A stretch of 64,000 bases of DNA from an uncultured Lentisphaerota bacterium (GTDB lineage: Bacteria; Verrucomicrobiota; Kiritimatiellia; RFP12; UBA1067). Both the position numbers and the translations under genes were made by a program. Shown here in pieces: positions 36,413 to 45,800 of this stretch. A model generated the notes under the pieces. That model saw only the letters and a program-made list of their open reading frames with translations, had not been told where the DNA came from and did no database searches. The stretch lies in the NCBI GenBank assembly GCA_900320225.1, contig ONRL01000003.1, positions 48,509 to 112,508 of the forward strand, written 5' to 3'. Position 1 is the stretch's first letter; the number at the start of each line of letters is the position of its first letter.

Positions 36413-37552
36413 ATGGAGAGAGTAATGGAAGAGGGATTGATTCGCAATACCCCTGACTTGAAGGAGGCCTGCGACGCGCTCGTTGCGGGCGGCGTGGCCG
36501 CGCTCGACACGGAGTTCGTCTGGCGCGCTTCCTTCCGTCCGCACCTCGCCATCGTGCAGATGGCCGGCGCGGACGGCGTGTGCCGCGCGCTCGACTGCCA
36601 GCTCGGCACCGATCCGGCACCGTTCGCGGCGGTGCTGTCGAACCCTTCGGTGGTGAAGATCCTCCATGCCGCGCATCAGGACCTGGAGCTCCTGTACCAC
36701 TACACCGCGGCCTCGCCCGTGAACGTGTTCGACACGCAGCTCGCGGCGGGGTTCTGCGGCCATCCGGCGAACATCGGCCTGCAGAAGCTCCTCTACGAGG
36801 TGCTGGACGTGGGGCTGCCGAAGACGGAGACGTGCACGGACTGGAGCCAGCGTCCGCTCACGGACGCGCAGGTGCGCTACGCGCTCGACGACGTGCGCTA
36901 CCTCGTGGCGCTCCGCACCGCCCTGCTCGCGCAGTGCGATTCCTTCGGCACGCGCGAATGGCTGGAGGAGGACTTGCTGAAATTCGAAGCGCCCGAGGCG
37001 TATGGCGAGATGGAGCCTGACGAGGCGTGGAAACGCGTCAAAAACGCCTCGCGGTATCTGCGTCCATTCGGCCTCGCGGGCCTGCGCGCGGTCGCGGCGT
37101 TGCGTGAGGTGCGTGCGCGCGAGTGGAACCTGCCGCGCGCGTGGTTGGGCGAGGACGGTTCGCTCATTGCCCTTGCGGAACGCCTGCAACGCGGCGAGAC
37201 GTCCTTCCCGAACGTGCGTTTTCGTCACCGTCTGAAGAACAATGCCCAGCGCGACCGTTTGGCGGCGGACTATGCCGCGGCCCTGACGGAGGCGGCGCGT
37301 CTGCCGGAAGAGGAATGGCCGCTGCCCGTACAGCCGGATTATCCCTCCGAGGTGCGCGACGCGGCGGACAAGGCGCACGACTATCTCGTCGCGCGCGGCG
37401 AGGAATTGCACGTCGATCCCGCGCTCTTCGCGAACCGCGCGCAGCTTCTCGCGTTCGTGGACGATCCCGAGGTGGAGGACAACCCGCTTGCGGAGGGCTG
37501 GCGTTTCGAGGTGGCCGGACGCACGATCATCGAACGCTTCTACGTGCCATGA
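36413..37552 (+). CDS. rnd: ribonuclease D (DEDD 3'-5' exonuclease plus HRDC)
   Basis: ALDTEF (ExoI), ILHAAHQDLELL (ExoII) and YALDDVRYL (ExoIII) motifs. The start was chosen after hairpin 36299-36385, with a GAGGA SD. Confidence 0.8.
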   Translation: MERVMEEGLIRNTPDLKEACDALVAGGVAALDTEFVWRASFRPHLAIVQMAGADGVCRALDCQLGTDPAPFAAVLSNPSVVKILHAAHQDLELLYHYTAASPVNVFDTQLAAGFCGHPANIGLQKLLYEVLDVGLPKTETCTDWSQRPLTDAQVRYALDDVRYLVALRTALLAQCDSFGTREWLEEDLLKFEAPEAYGEMEPDEAWKRVKNASRYLRPFGLAGLRAVAALREVRAREWNLPRAWLGEDGSLIALAERLQRGETSFPNVRFRHRLKNNAQRDRLAADYAAALTEAARLPEEEWPLPVQPDYPSEVRDAADKAHDYLVARGEELHVDPALFANRAQLLAFVDDPEVEDNPLAEGWRFEVAGRTIIERFYVP

Positions 37553-38919
37553 CTGAACAAACGAGAAAGGCGTTCCTGCGCGGGCAGCGGCGGATGCTGG
37601 TGATGACGATCATCGGCTACACGCTGTTCTATTTCTTGCGCAAGAACCTGTCGCTCGCCATGCCGGGGCTCGCGCAGGACTACGGCATCACCAAGACCAC
37701 GCTCGGCATCTTCCTCACGCTGCATGGCGTGGTGTACGGTTTGGGAAAGTTCGTGTGCGGGCCGCTTTCGGACAGGAGCCGTCCGCGCTGGTTTCTGATG
37801 GGCGGCCTCGCGCTCGCGACGCTGGCGAACGTGATGTTCGGGTTCGGGCCGGTTCTCGCCGCGCTTGTCTCCGGCGGCGCGGATGGCGCGGCGTTCACGA
37901 CGACGCTCGTGACGGTGCTGGGAATCGCGTGGGTCGCGAACGGCCTCTGCCAGGCGACGGGCAATCCGCCGTGCCTCAAGTTGCTCTCCCACTGGGTGCC
38001 GCCGAACGAGCTGGCCACGAAACTCGCCATCTGGAATTCGTCGCACTCCATCGGCGCGGGAATCATCACGATCCTCTGCGGCTACATCATGGGGCTGGGC
38101 GCTCTCGGGGCCGATGGCGTGGGCATAGGGATGTGGAAGTGGTGCTTCTGGGCGCCGGCGATTATTGCGGCGGTGGGATTGGTGGCGCTGTGGGTGTGGC
38201 TGCCGGGCACGCCGGAGGAGGAGGGGATGGGAGGGTCGCGCTCCTGCGCGACCGCCGCCGAGACGGCGGCTCCCCATGCGGACGCGCAGCAGCGCGTTCC
38301 TCCCGCCGACACCGCCCTGCGGCGCGTGTACCTGAACCCGGTGATCTGGATGGTGGGGCTTTGTTGTTTCATGGTTTATCTCACGCGTTTCGCGATTCTC
38401 GACTGGGGGCCGATGCTCATGAAGGAGGCGAAGGGCGTGTCCCTTGCGGGCGCGGGCTGGACAGTGGCCTGCTTTGAGGTTGCCGGAATCCTCGGCACGC
38501 TTTTCTCTGGCTGGGCGACGGATCGCCTGGCAGGCGGCCGCGCGCCGCGCGTGTGTCTCTTCATGATGCTCGGCGCGGCGGCTTTCATGGGAGCGTTCTG
38601 GCTGATTCCTGCGGGGAGCTCCGCGATCCTCTACGTCGCGGCGTTGTCGGGCGCGGGGTTCTGCATCTACGGTCCGCAGGCCATGACCGGCACGACGGCC
38701 GTCAACATCGCGACTCGCCGCTTTGCGGGGACGGCCGTGGGATTCACGTCGCTCTTCTCTTACGGGAGCGTCCTCTTCAGCGGATGGGGCATGGGTTTTC
38801 TCGCGGAGCGGACGGGCGGCTGGGCCGTGCCTTTCCTTTCCGTTGTCGTGGCAACGGTTGTGGGCGCGGGGCTGTTCGCGCTCTTATGGAAAACAAAACC
38901 GAACGGATACGATGTATGA
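37549..38919 (+). CDS. MFS organophosphate:phosphate antiporter (GlpT/UhpC family)
   Basis: N-terminus FYFLRKNLSLAMP...GKFVCGPLSDR is typical of GlpT/UhpC, with 12 TM-like segments. ATGA overlap with the rnd stop. The central loop carries a palindromic insert at 38229-38304. Confidence 0.75.
   Translation: MTEQTRKAFLRGQRRMLVMTIIGYTLFYFLRKNLSLAMPGLAQDYGITKTTLGIFLTLHGVVYGLGKFVCGPLSDRSRPRWFLMGGLALATLANVMFGFGPVLAALVSGGADGAAFTTTLVTVLGIAWVANGLCQATGNPPCLKLLSHWVPPNELATKLAIWNSSHSIGAGIITILCGYIMGLGALGADGVGIGMWKWCFWAPAIIAAVGLVALWVWLPGTPEEEGMGGSRSCATAAETAAPHADAQQRVPPADTALRRVYLNPVIWMVGLCCFMVYLTRFAILDWGPMLMKEAKGVSLAGAGWTVACFEVAGILGTLFSGWATDRLAGGRAPRVCLFMMLGAAAFMGAFWLIPAGSSAILYVAALSGAGFCIYGPQAMTGTTAVNIATRRFAGTAVGFTSLFSYGSVLFSGWGMGFLAERTGGWAVPFLSVVVATVVGAGLFALLWKTKPNGYDV
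38229..38304. repeat. palindromic module pair inside the MFS transporter central loop
   Basis: GGGAGGGTCGCGCTCCTGCGCGACC ... GGCGGCTCCCCAT GCGGACGCGCAGCAGCGCGTTCCTCCC. Encodes GGSRSCATAAETAAPHADAQQRVPP. Confidence 0.8.
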
Positions 38920-38956
38920 TTGATACTACCAACAACCACCTAAAAGGAATCTGCAA

Positions 38957-39829
38957 ATGAAATACGGAATCTACTACGCCTACTGGGAGGACCAGTGGAA
39001 GGCCGACTACTTCACGTACATCGAGAAGGTCGCGAAGCTCGGCTTCGACTTCCTCGAGATCGCCTGCACGCCGATCAACGGCTACAGTCGGCAGGTTCTT
39101 AAGGATCTCCGTCAGGCGGCGAAGGACAACGGCATCTTCCTCACGGCGGGGCACGGTCCGAGTGCCGACCAGAACCTCGCTTCGCCCGACGCGGCGGTGC
39201 GCCGCAACGCGAAGAAGTTCTTCACGAAGCTACTGAAGAACTTGGAAGTTCTCGGCATCCATTCGATTGGCGGCGGTATCTACAGCTACTGGCCGGTGGA
39301 CTACTCGAAGCCCATCGACAAGCCGGGCGACTGGGCGCGCGCCGTCAAGGGCGTGCGCGAGGTCGGCAAGGTGGCGCAGGACTGCGGCGTGGACTACTGC
39401 CTTGAGGTGCTGAATCGCTTCGAGGGCTACTTGCTCAACACGGCGGCGGAGGGCGTGAAGTTCGTGAAGGAGGTGGACGTGCCGTCCGTGAAGGTGATGC
39501 TCGACACGTTCCACATGAACATCGAGGAGGACTCCATCGGCGGCGCGATCCGCTCGACGAAAGGGCTTCTCGGACACTTCCACACGGGCGAGTGCAACCG
39601 CCGCGTGCCGGGGCGCGGACGCACCCCGTGGCACGAGATCGCCTGCGCGCTCAAGGACATCCGCTACAACGGGACTGTCTGCATGGAACCGTTCGTGCGC
39701 ATGGGCGGCAAGGTGGGCGAGGACATCAAGATCTGGCGCGAGCTGGAGCCGGGGATCACGGAGGCGAAGATGGACGCCGACGCGAAGGCCGCGCTCGACT
39801 TCGAGCGGATCGTGTTCGAGGGAGTTTGA
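38957..39829 (+). CDS. D-psicose (D-allulose)/D-tagatose 3-epimerase
   Basis: Strong colinear similarity to Agrobacterium D-psicose 3-epimerase as recalled: MK.GIYY.YWE...YIEKVAKLGFD..E...LEVLNRFE..LNTAAEGV.FVK.V....VKVMLDTFHMNIEEDS.G.AIR....LLGHFHTGE.NRRVPG.GR.PWHEI. Confidence 0.85.
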   Translation: MKYGIYYAYWEDQWKADYFTYIEKVAKLGFDFLEIACTPINGYSRQVLKDLRQAAKDNGIFLTAGHGPSADQNLASPDAAVRRNAKKFFTKLLKNLEVLGIHSIGGGIYSYWPVDYSKPIDKPGDWARAVKGVREVGKVAQDCGVDYCLEVLNRFEGYLLNTAAEGVKFVKEVDVPSVKVMLDTFHMNIEEDSIGGAIRSTKGLLGHFHTGECNRRVPGRGRTPWHEIACALKDIRYNGTVCMEPFVRMGGKVGEDIKIWRELEPGITEAKMDADAKAALDFERIVFEGV

Positions 39830-39905
39830 TGGTTTGATAGTTTGATGGTTTGATGGTTTGATAGTTTGAAAGGTTTGAGAGTTTGAAGGCTTGTTTAGAT
39901 TGTTT
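39824..39905 (+). repeat. GTTTGAT-word tract spanning the epimerase stop and the DUF89 start
   Basis: GTTTGATGGTTTGATAGTTTGATGGTTTGATGGTTTGATAGTTTGAAAGGTTTGAGAGTTTGAAGGCTTGTTTAGATTGTTTG. Confidence 0.8.
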
Positions 39906-40914
39906 GCCGTGCCTCGCGCGGAACGCGACGGAGCTGGCGCGCCGGTCGGCGCGCGGCGACGCGGCGCTGGAAGGGCGCATCGCAGCCGAGGGGATGCGCA
40001 TCCTCGGGCGCGCGGCGGAGGAGGGCTACACGCTCCCGCCGCCGTGCTACGCGCGCCAGCTCATCGACAACGCGCTTGCGATGTGCGACGGCGCGGTACC
40101 CGATCCGTGGGCGGAGGAGAAGAGGAAGTCCACGGAGCTGGCGCTGAAGCTGGTGGAGAGGATGGGATTGTTCACAAATGACAATTGCCACAATTGTTCA
40201 CCAATCGCAAATATAAATCTCAGTACGGGAGGGACGCGCTCCTGCGCGTCCGTTGCGGTCGCGCAGGAGCGCGACCCTCCCGACATGTCCGAATTCGAGA
40301 AGCGGCTGCGGCTTGCCATCGCCGGGAACATCCTCGACTTCTCCATCTACGCCGACCTCGACATCGCGGCCGCGATGGAGACGATGAAGGAGGCGTTCAC
40401 GAAGCCGATTTGCGGCACTCTTGCCGCTTCATCCGCTGACGCGCAGGAGCGCGTCCCTCCCAGTGACATTGTCGTCGAGCTGAAACGGCGCATGGACGCG
40501 GCGAAGTCGATTCTGTGGATCTTCGACAACTGCGGCGAGGCGGTGTTCGACCGTCTGCTGATCGAGCCGTACCGCGAGAAGATCACGCTTGCCGTACGCG
40601 GCAAGCCCGCGTTCAACGACCTTACACGCGCCGAACTTGCCGAAAGCGGCTATCCTGAGGGATTCGCCGCAGGAGGCGTCGTCTCAAATGACGATGGCGT
40701 GCCGGGGGTGGTGGACGCCACGTGCGGCGATGCGTTCCGCGCGGCATTCTCGCGGGCGGATCTGATTGTCGCGAAGGGGCAGGCGAACTTCGAGACGATG
40801 AGCGATCGTACGGACAAGCCGATTGCGTTCCTCTTCCTCGCCAAGTGCCCCGTCGTATGCCGCGAAGTGGGCGCGCACCCCCAGACGATTCAAGTCATTC
40901 TCCGTAATTTCTGA
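39883..40914 (+). CDS. DUF89/ARMT1-like damage-control phosphatase family protein
   Basis: N-terminal CLDCLPCLARNA and C-terminal KGQANFETMSD motifs of DUF89. TTG start lies inside the GTTTGAT word repeat. Two in-frame repeat insertions are present (about 40170-40281 and 40412-40461). Confidence 0.6.
   Translation: MKACLDCLPCLARNATELARRSARGDAALEGRIAAEGMRILGRAAEEGYTLPPPCYARQLIDNALAMCDGAVPDPWAEEKRKSTELALKLVERMGLFTNDNCHNCSPIANINLSTGGTRSCASVAVAQERDPPDMSEFEKRLRLAIAGNILDFSIYADLDIAAAMETMKEAFTKPICGTLAASSADAQERVPPSDIVVELKRRMDAAKSILWIFDNCGEAVFDRLLIEPYREKITLAVRGKPAFNDLTRAELAESGYPEGFAAGGVVSNDDGVPGVVDATCGDAFRAAFSRADLIVAKGQANFETMSDRTDKPIAFLFLAKCPVVCREVGAHPQTIQVILRNF
40227..40281. repeat. inverted pair of palindromic modules inside the DUF89 CDS
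   Basis: GGGAGGGACGCGCTCCTGCGCGTCC-GTTGC-GGTCGCGCAGGAGCGCGACCCTCCC. The two halves are near-perfect reverse complements. Confidence 0.8.
40412..40461. repeat. second repeat insertion in the DUF89 CDS
   Basis: GCGGCACTCTTGCCGCTTC is the reverse complement of the intergenic GAAGCGGCAAGAGTGCCGC module. It is followed by GACGCGCAGGAGCGCGTCCCTCCC. Confidence 0.75.
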
Positions 40915-40928
40915 AAGGACATAAAAAG

Positions 40929-42797
40929 ATGAACATGAAGCAGATGATTGTTGCGGCCGCTGCAGGTGTCGTATGTGGCGCCATGGCGCTTGATCTCAAC
41001 GGGACGTGGGAGTTCCGCTTCGACGAGGGGCGCGCCGTCACGGCGGTCGCCGGGCCGGCGTTCGAGCCGACCGGACGAATGGTCGTGCCGGGGTGCTTCG
41101 ACGCGATGCCCGAAACGTTCATGAAGCGCGGCACCGCGATGTATCGGCGCACGTTCACACTCGAGAAGGGCGTGGACAACGCGTGGCTCGTCATCGACGG
41201 CATGGGCCTTTATGGGAAGTTCTGGGTGGACGGACGCGCAATCGGCATCGACGACCTCCCGTACAGCCGTGTGGAGCTCGCGACGGGTCCGCTCGCGGCG
41301 GGCGCGCACACGCTCGTCGCCGCCGTCGACAACCGCTTCGACTGGAGTTACCAGAAGCTTGCGCAGTCATTCTACGACTTCCACTTCTGGGGCGGGTTCT
41401 ACCACGGCGTGTCGCTCGTCTTCGACAACCGTAAGCTGTTCGTGCGCACGCGCGACTACAAGACGGGCACGGTGGAGATCGAGGCGGTCAACTTCCAGAA
41501 TCGCGACTTTGACGCGACGCTCGTTTTTGACGGTAAGAGCGAGGTGAAGGCGACCTTCAAGAACGGCCGCGCCACGGTGAAGGTGCCAAACTTCAAGCTC
41601 TGGTCGCCGGACGCGCCCAACCTGCACACCGTCTCGCTGGGAGGGTCGCGCTCCCGCGCGACCGTAGCGGACGCGCAGGAGCGCGTCCCTCCCCATGCGG
41701 ACGCGCAGGAGCGCGTCCCTCCCCATGCGGACGCGCAGGAGCGCGTCCCTCCCCATGCGGACGCGCAGGAGCGCGTCCCTCCCGTCGTGGCGCGCTTCGG
41801 CATCCGCACGATCGAAGCGCGCAACGGCGGGTTCTACCTCAACGGGGCGCGCATCTTCCTCAAGGGCGCGAACCGGCACGACCAGCAGATGCAGCTCGGC
41901 GCATCCACGCCGGAGGGCTTCATGCTCACCGACATCCAGAACCTGAAGAGGATGGGCGGCAACTTCTTCCGCGGCGCGCACTATCCGCAAGCGCAGCGTT
42001 TCCTCGACCTCTGCGACGAGATGGGCGTCTTGGTGTGGGAGGAGTCGCTCGGCTGGGGCAACGGGCAGCGCTACACGCAGAGCGGCAAGCAGAACGACCT
42101 CGTGGATCCGGGGTTCGTCGCCAAGCAGCTCGAGCAGACGAAGCTCATGGTGCGCAACAGCTTCAACCACCCCTCGGTGATCATCTTCGCGTTCCTCAAC
42201 GAGTGCGACTCCACGAAGCCGGAGTGCAAGACGCTCGTCGACCAGCTGATCGAGACGATCCGCGAGGAGGACTCCGGCCGGCTCGTCTCGTTCGCCTGCA
42301 ACCGCACGCGCGGCGACCTCTGCCACGCGAACACCGACTTCGTGGCGTTCAACACCTACCCCGGCACGATCAACGGCTACCCGGGAACGCATGACGAGCT
42401 CAAGCAGAAGATCCACGACATGGAGGGCTACGGCGTGGACTGGCTGGCGAAGTACCTGGGCGAGCGCTATCCCGGCAAGACGCTCTTCATCTCCGAGATG
42501 GGCGGTGCGGGGCAGTACGGTAGCCGCGACCCGTCGTGTCCCGTCGACACCGAGGATTTCCAGGCCGAGCACAACGCGCTTGTGGCGGAGGCGGCCTGGG
42601 GCAATCCGGCCATCGCCGGCATCGCGTTCTGGCAGTTCTTCGACACGCGCACGTGCGGACGTGAGTGCCTGAACAACGGGAAGAAGCACCAGGCGACGAG
42701 TTGGGCGGGGCAGTTCAGCGCGGACCGCAAGCCAAAGCTCGCCGTGGGCGTGTTGACGGACTGGTTCACGAACCACGTCCCGGCGAACCTGCGCTAG
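40929..42797 (+). CDS. glycoside hydrolase family 2, paralog of 26072-27816, with in-frame repeat insertion
   Basis: GH2 layout (LNGTWEFRFDEG..., NHPSVIIFAFLNE acid/base, ISEMGG nucleophile region). Carries a 145-nt palindromic/tandem insert at 41639-41783. Confidence 0.8.
   Translation: MNMKQMIVAAAAGVVCGAMALDLNGTWEFRFDEGRAVTAVAGPAFEPTGRMVVPGCFDAMPETFMKRGTAMYRRTFTLEKGVDNAWLVIDGMGLYGKFWVDGRAIGIDDLPYSRVELATGPLAAGAHTLVAAVDNRFDWSYQKLAQSFYDFHFWGGFYHGVSLVFDNRKLFVRTRDYKTGTVEIEAVNFQNRDFDATLVFDGKSEVKATFKNGRATVKVPNFKLWSPDAPNLHTVSLGGSRSRATVADAQERVPPHADAQERVPPHADAQERVPPHADAQERVPPVVARFGIRTIEARNGGFYLNGARIFLKGANRHDQQMQLGASTPEGFMLTDIQNLKRMGGNFFRGAHYPQAQRFLDLCDEMGVLVWEESLGWGNGQRYTQSGKQNDLVDPGFVAKQLEQTKLMVRNSFNHPSVIIFAFLNECDSTKPECKTLVDQLIETIREEDSGRLVSFACNRTRGDLCHANTDFVAFNTYPGTINGYPGTHDELKQKIHDMEGYGVDWLAKYLGERYPGKTLFISEMGGAGQYGSRDPSCPVDTEDFQAEHNALVAEAAWGNPAIAGIAFWQFFDTRTCGRECLNNGKKHQATSWAGQFSADRKPKLAVGVLTDWFTNHVPANLR
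41639..41783. repeat. palindromic module plus 30-bp tandem array (3.9 copies) inside the GH2 CDS
   Basis: GGGAGGGTCGCGCTCCCGCGCGACC, then GCGGACGCGCAGGAGCGCGTCCCTCCCCAT at 41667, 41697, 41727 and 41757 (last copy partial). Encodes HADAQERVPP repeats. Confidence 0.9.
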
Positions 42798-42807
42798 TCG
42801 GCGGCGG

Positions 42808-45800
42808 TTATTTTGTGATGACCGCTTTGATGAACTTGGCGCCTTCGGCTGTGACCGTGACGGTCGCCGTGCCGTTGGCGAAGGTGGGCGTGTAGGTGGC
42901 GTCAGTCCAGGAACCCGTCGCCAGGTCGGCGGCGTACCGCACCTTCAGCGTGCCGTTGATGGCGCTTGAGAGCGGCACGGCCGACTCGCCCGCCGACGCG
43001 CTCACCGTGATCTTCCAGCCGGTCTCGGTCTGTTCGATCGCGTCGATGTGCAGCACGGGATCGACGGCCAGCACGCTCGTGCAGCCGAGCAGGTAGGACT
43101 CGAGGCCAAGCTTGCCGTTCGGGTCGACGATGTTGTTCGTCGTGGCCCAGGACTCGATCTTCGTCAGCTCTTCCGCCGTCGGCGCGGTCGTGCCCCAGAT
43201 CAAGGACGCGTCCGTGTCCGTGTCCCAGTCCACGCTGAACGCCGACTCGTAGAAGTAGGTAGTGAGTCCGTCCGCCGTGGATGTGCTGTTATAGCCGCCG
43301 GCGATGTTATTGGTAATGCCCGGCGCATACTCGCTCGGTGCAATACCGTAGGTGAGGATGGCGGTCTGCGGGGAGTTGAGGTCGTTGCCCACGAACGCCC
43401 CTATGTAGTGCGTCACTCCCTCCTTCACCGTGGCCGAAAGCGCCGTGCCCGCCGCCACCGTCACGTTGTCCATCGACAGCGACACGCCTTTCACCATGCG
43501 GCCGATGAAGCCACCCACCTCCGCCTTCTCGTTCGCGTTCGTCACGTTCACGGTGATTGCGCCGGAACTGACGCCGTTCGTGATCGCGAGCGAGATGCCG
43601 CTCGTTTGTGCGCGGCCAACGAAGCCGCCGACCGTCGCGACGTCCACGGAGCCGGACGTGTAGGTCGCATTGAGCGCGCCCTCGTTCACGCAGTCGACGA
43701 AGATCATCTTGCCGGGATTCTGCTGGTATCCCACGAACCCGCCCACGGCCGCGGTGGCATCCGTCGAGTTGCCGCGCTGCACCTTGTCGAACGTCAGCGT
43801 GCCCTTGTTGCAGCAGTTCGAGCAGAACAGCGTCATCGTGTTGCCGTAGTAGGAGTGGAAACCGCCGAGCTTCGTGAACGTGGTGCCGACGTTCGCGAGG
43901 TTCGTGCAGGAGAGCATCGTGACGTTGCCCTCGCACCAGGACGAGAATCCGCCGATGTTGTGGTTGCCCCACACGGTGCCGCTCACGGTGACGTTCTCGA
44001 AGTGGCCCCCCTCGATGTCGCCGCAGAATGCGGCGCCCGAGGCGAGGTTGAGCGGGTGAGTGCCCGCCACGTAGGGATCCGGCGAGGCTACGTCCAGAAG
44101 CTGGAGGTTCTTCACCGTACCGTCCTTGATCGTGCCGAAGAATCCGCAGTAGCTACGCCCGGAGAGGACGAAGTTGCTCACGACGTGTCCGCCGCCGTCG
44201 TAGACGCCCTTGAAGGCCGGGGAGGCCACGAAGTAGGCTGCGCTGTCGTTGATGTTGCCGATGTCGATCCACCGGTCGCCGCCGAGGTCGATGTCCGCCA
44301 GCTGCAAGAAGTGCTGTCCGGGCGTGCCGAGCGCGTTCGCATTGTTCACCTGGTCGCGGAAGAACTCGAGGTCGTCGCGGTCGGCGATCTGGAACGGATC
44401 CTGCGCCGTGCCCGAGCCGAGGAGCCAGCGGTAGACCGTGTAGTAGCCTGCCGGGTCGGATACTGTCTTCGTGAAGTGCTTCGGTGCGAGAAGCGCGGCC
44501 GCAGGCTCGCTCGAGTACAGGCCGCCCGAAACGAAGTTCGTGAGCGCCACGGCGCCGGAACAATTCGGATCCACGTATGCCGCGATGCCCGCACCATTCG
44601 CGGAGGTGAACGTACCGCCCGCGATGTTCGCCTCGACCTGGTCCACACCCACGCCTTCCGGCAGGGTGACCTTGTACTGCGAACGCGGGTAGCGCGTGCC
44701 CGTGGCGGCGAGGTAGAGGGCGTCTCCCGTGTAACAATTGTCATAGTACACATACGCGCCCGCGGGACCTGTCGCGGTCACCGTCACTGTGGAATCGGCC
44801 GGGACGTTGACCTTGCCGCCAAGAACGAGGATGCCGCCGCCCGCAGAGGTGAGCGTGCCGCCGTAGAGGTTGAGGTCGTTCGACGGCAGCCACATCATCG
44901 GGCGTGTCGTGTCCGCGAAGGTGTAGACGGATCCGTCGTAGAAGTTGATCTCGGCGAGTGTCGCGTTGCCGCCGTTGCCGGTGATGCCGTACTGGCCCGG
45001 CGTGGTGGCGGCGTCCACGAGCGTACCGTAGACGTCCAGGATTGCCCATGCGCCCCAGAACTGGCGCGCGCCTTCGCTGCCGCGCACGAAGACGGCGACG
45101 TCGTCGCCGTTGCCGTGCGTGACCGTGGCACCCGCGTCGATGATGCAGACCGTCGGCATGTTGGTGTTGCCGTCCACGCCCACGATGTTGAGCACGCGGC
45201 AGTCCGACGTGAGCGAGGTGTCGGCGAGCAGCTCCAGCCCGCCGTGCACGAAGGCACCGCGGCCGGTGGTGGTGAGCGTGCCGTTCGTGATGGTGAGCCA
45301 GTTGTCTGGATCGACCGTGATCAGGTAGTCGCTGGACGTTCCGGTCGGATAGGACAGCGTGTGCCCGCCGAGGTCGAGCGTGAGGTTAAGCGCAACATTG
45401 GAATCGAAAACGAGGCCCTGCGTCAACGTGATGTCCTGGAGGAGAGTGATCGTGTCGCCATCCAAGGCCTCGCCCAGCGCGTCTTCGAGCGAACCGTAGC
45501 TGACGGAATCGATCGACACGGCCGCGAAGGGATTTTCCGCGGTCATCACGAGGTCGTCGACGGCGCCTTCGCCCTGGAAGCCGATGGCCTGGATGGTGGC
45601 GTCGGCGGTCGCCCCCAGCAGGCTGGGAAACACCTTGCCGCTCTGGAGGTATGCGATGAGGTCCGCATCTCCGTCCGCGTCCAGCCATCCTTGTTCATCC
45701 GTTGCATAAGCCATGTACCCAGTACCGAAGGTCGGCGTCGTCGCCGCCAGCAGCACGCCGTCCAGGTAGATCTCAAAACCCGTGAAGCCCATGGGATCCG

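Noticed and set aside
41667-41783. The 30-bp palindromic direct repeats looked like a possible CRISPR array.
   Set aside because: The units are contiguous with no spacers, lie in frame inside a GH2 ORF, and no cas genes are nearby.
33623-41783. Diversity-generating retroelement or phase-variation switch as an explanation for the in-ORF repeats.
   Set aside because: No reverse transcriptase, template/variable repeat pair with A-specific mismatches, or invertase is present in the window. The repeats are palindromic modules shared with intergenic regions.
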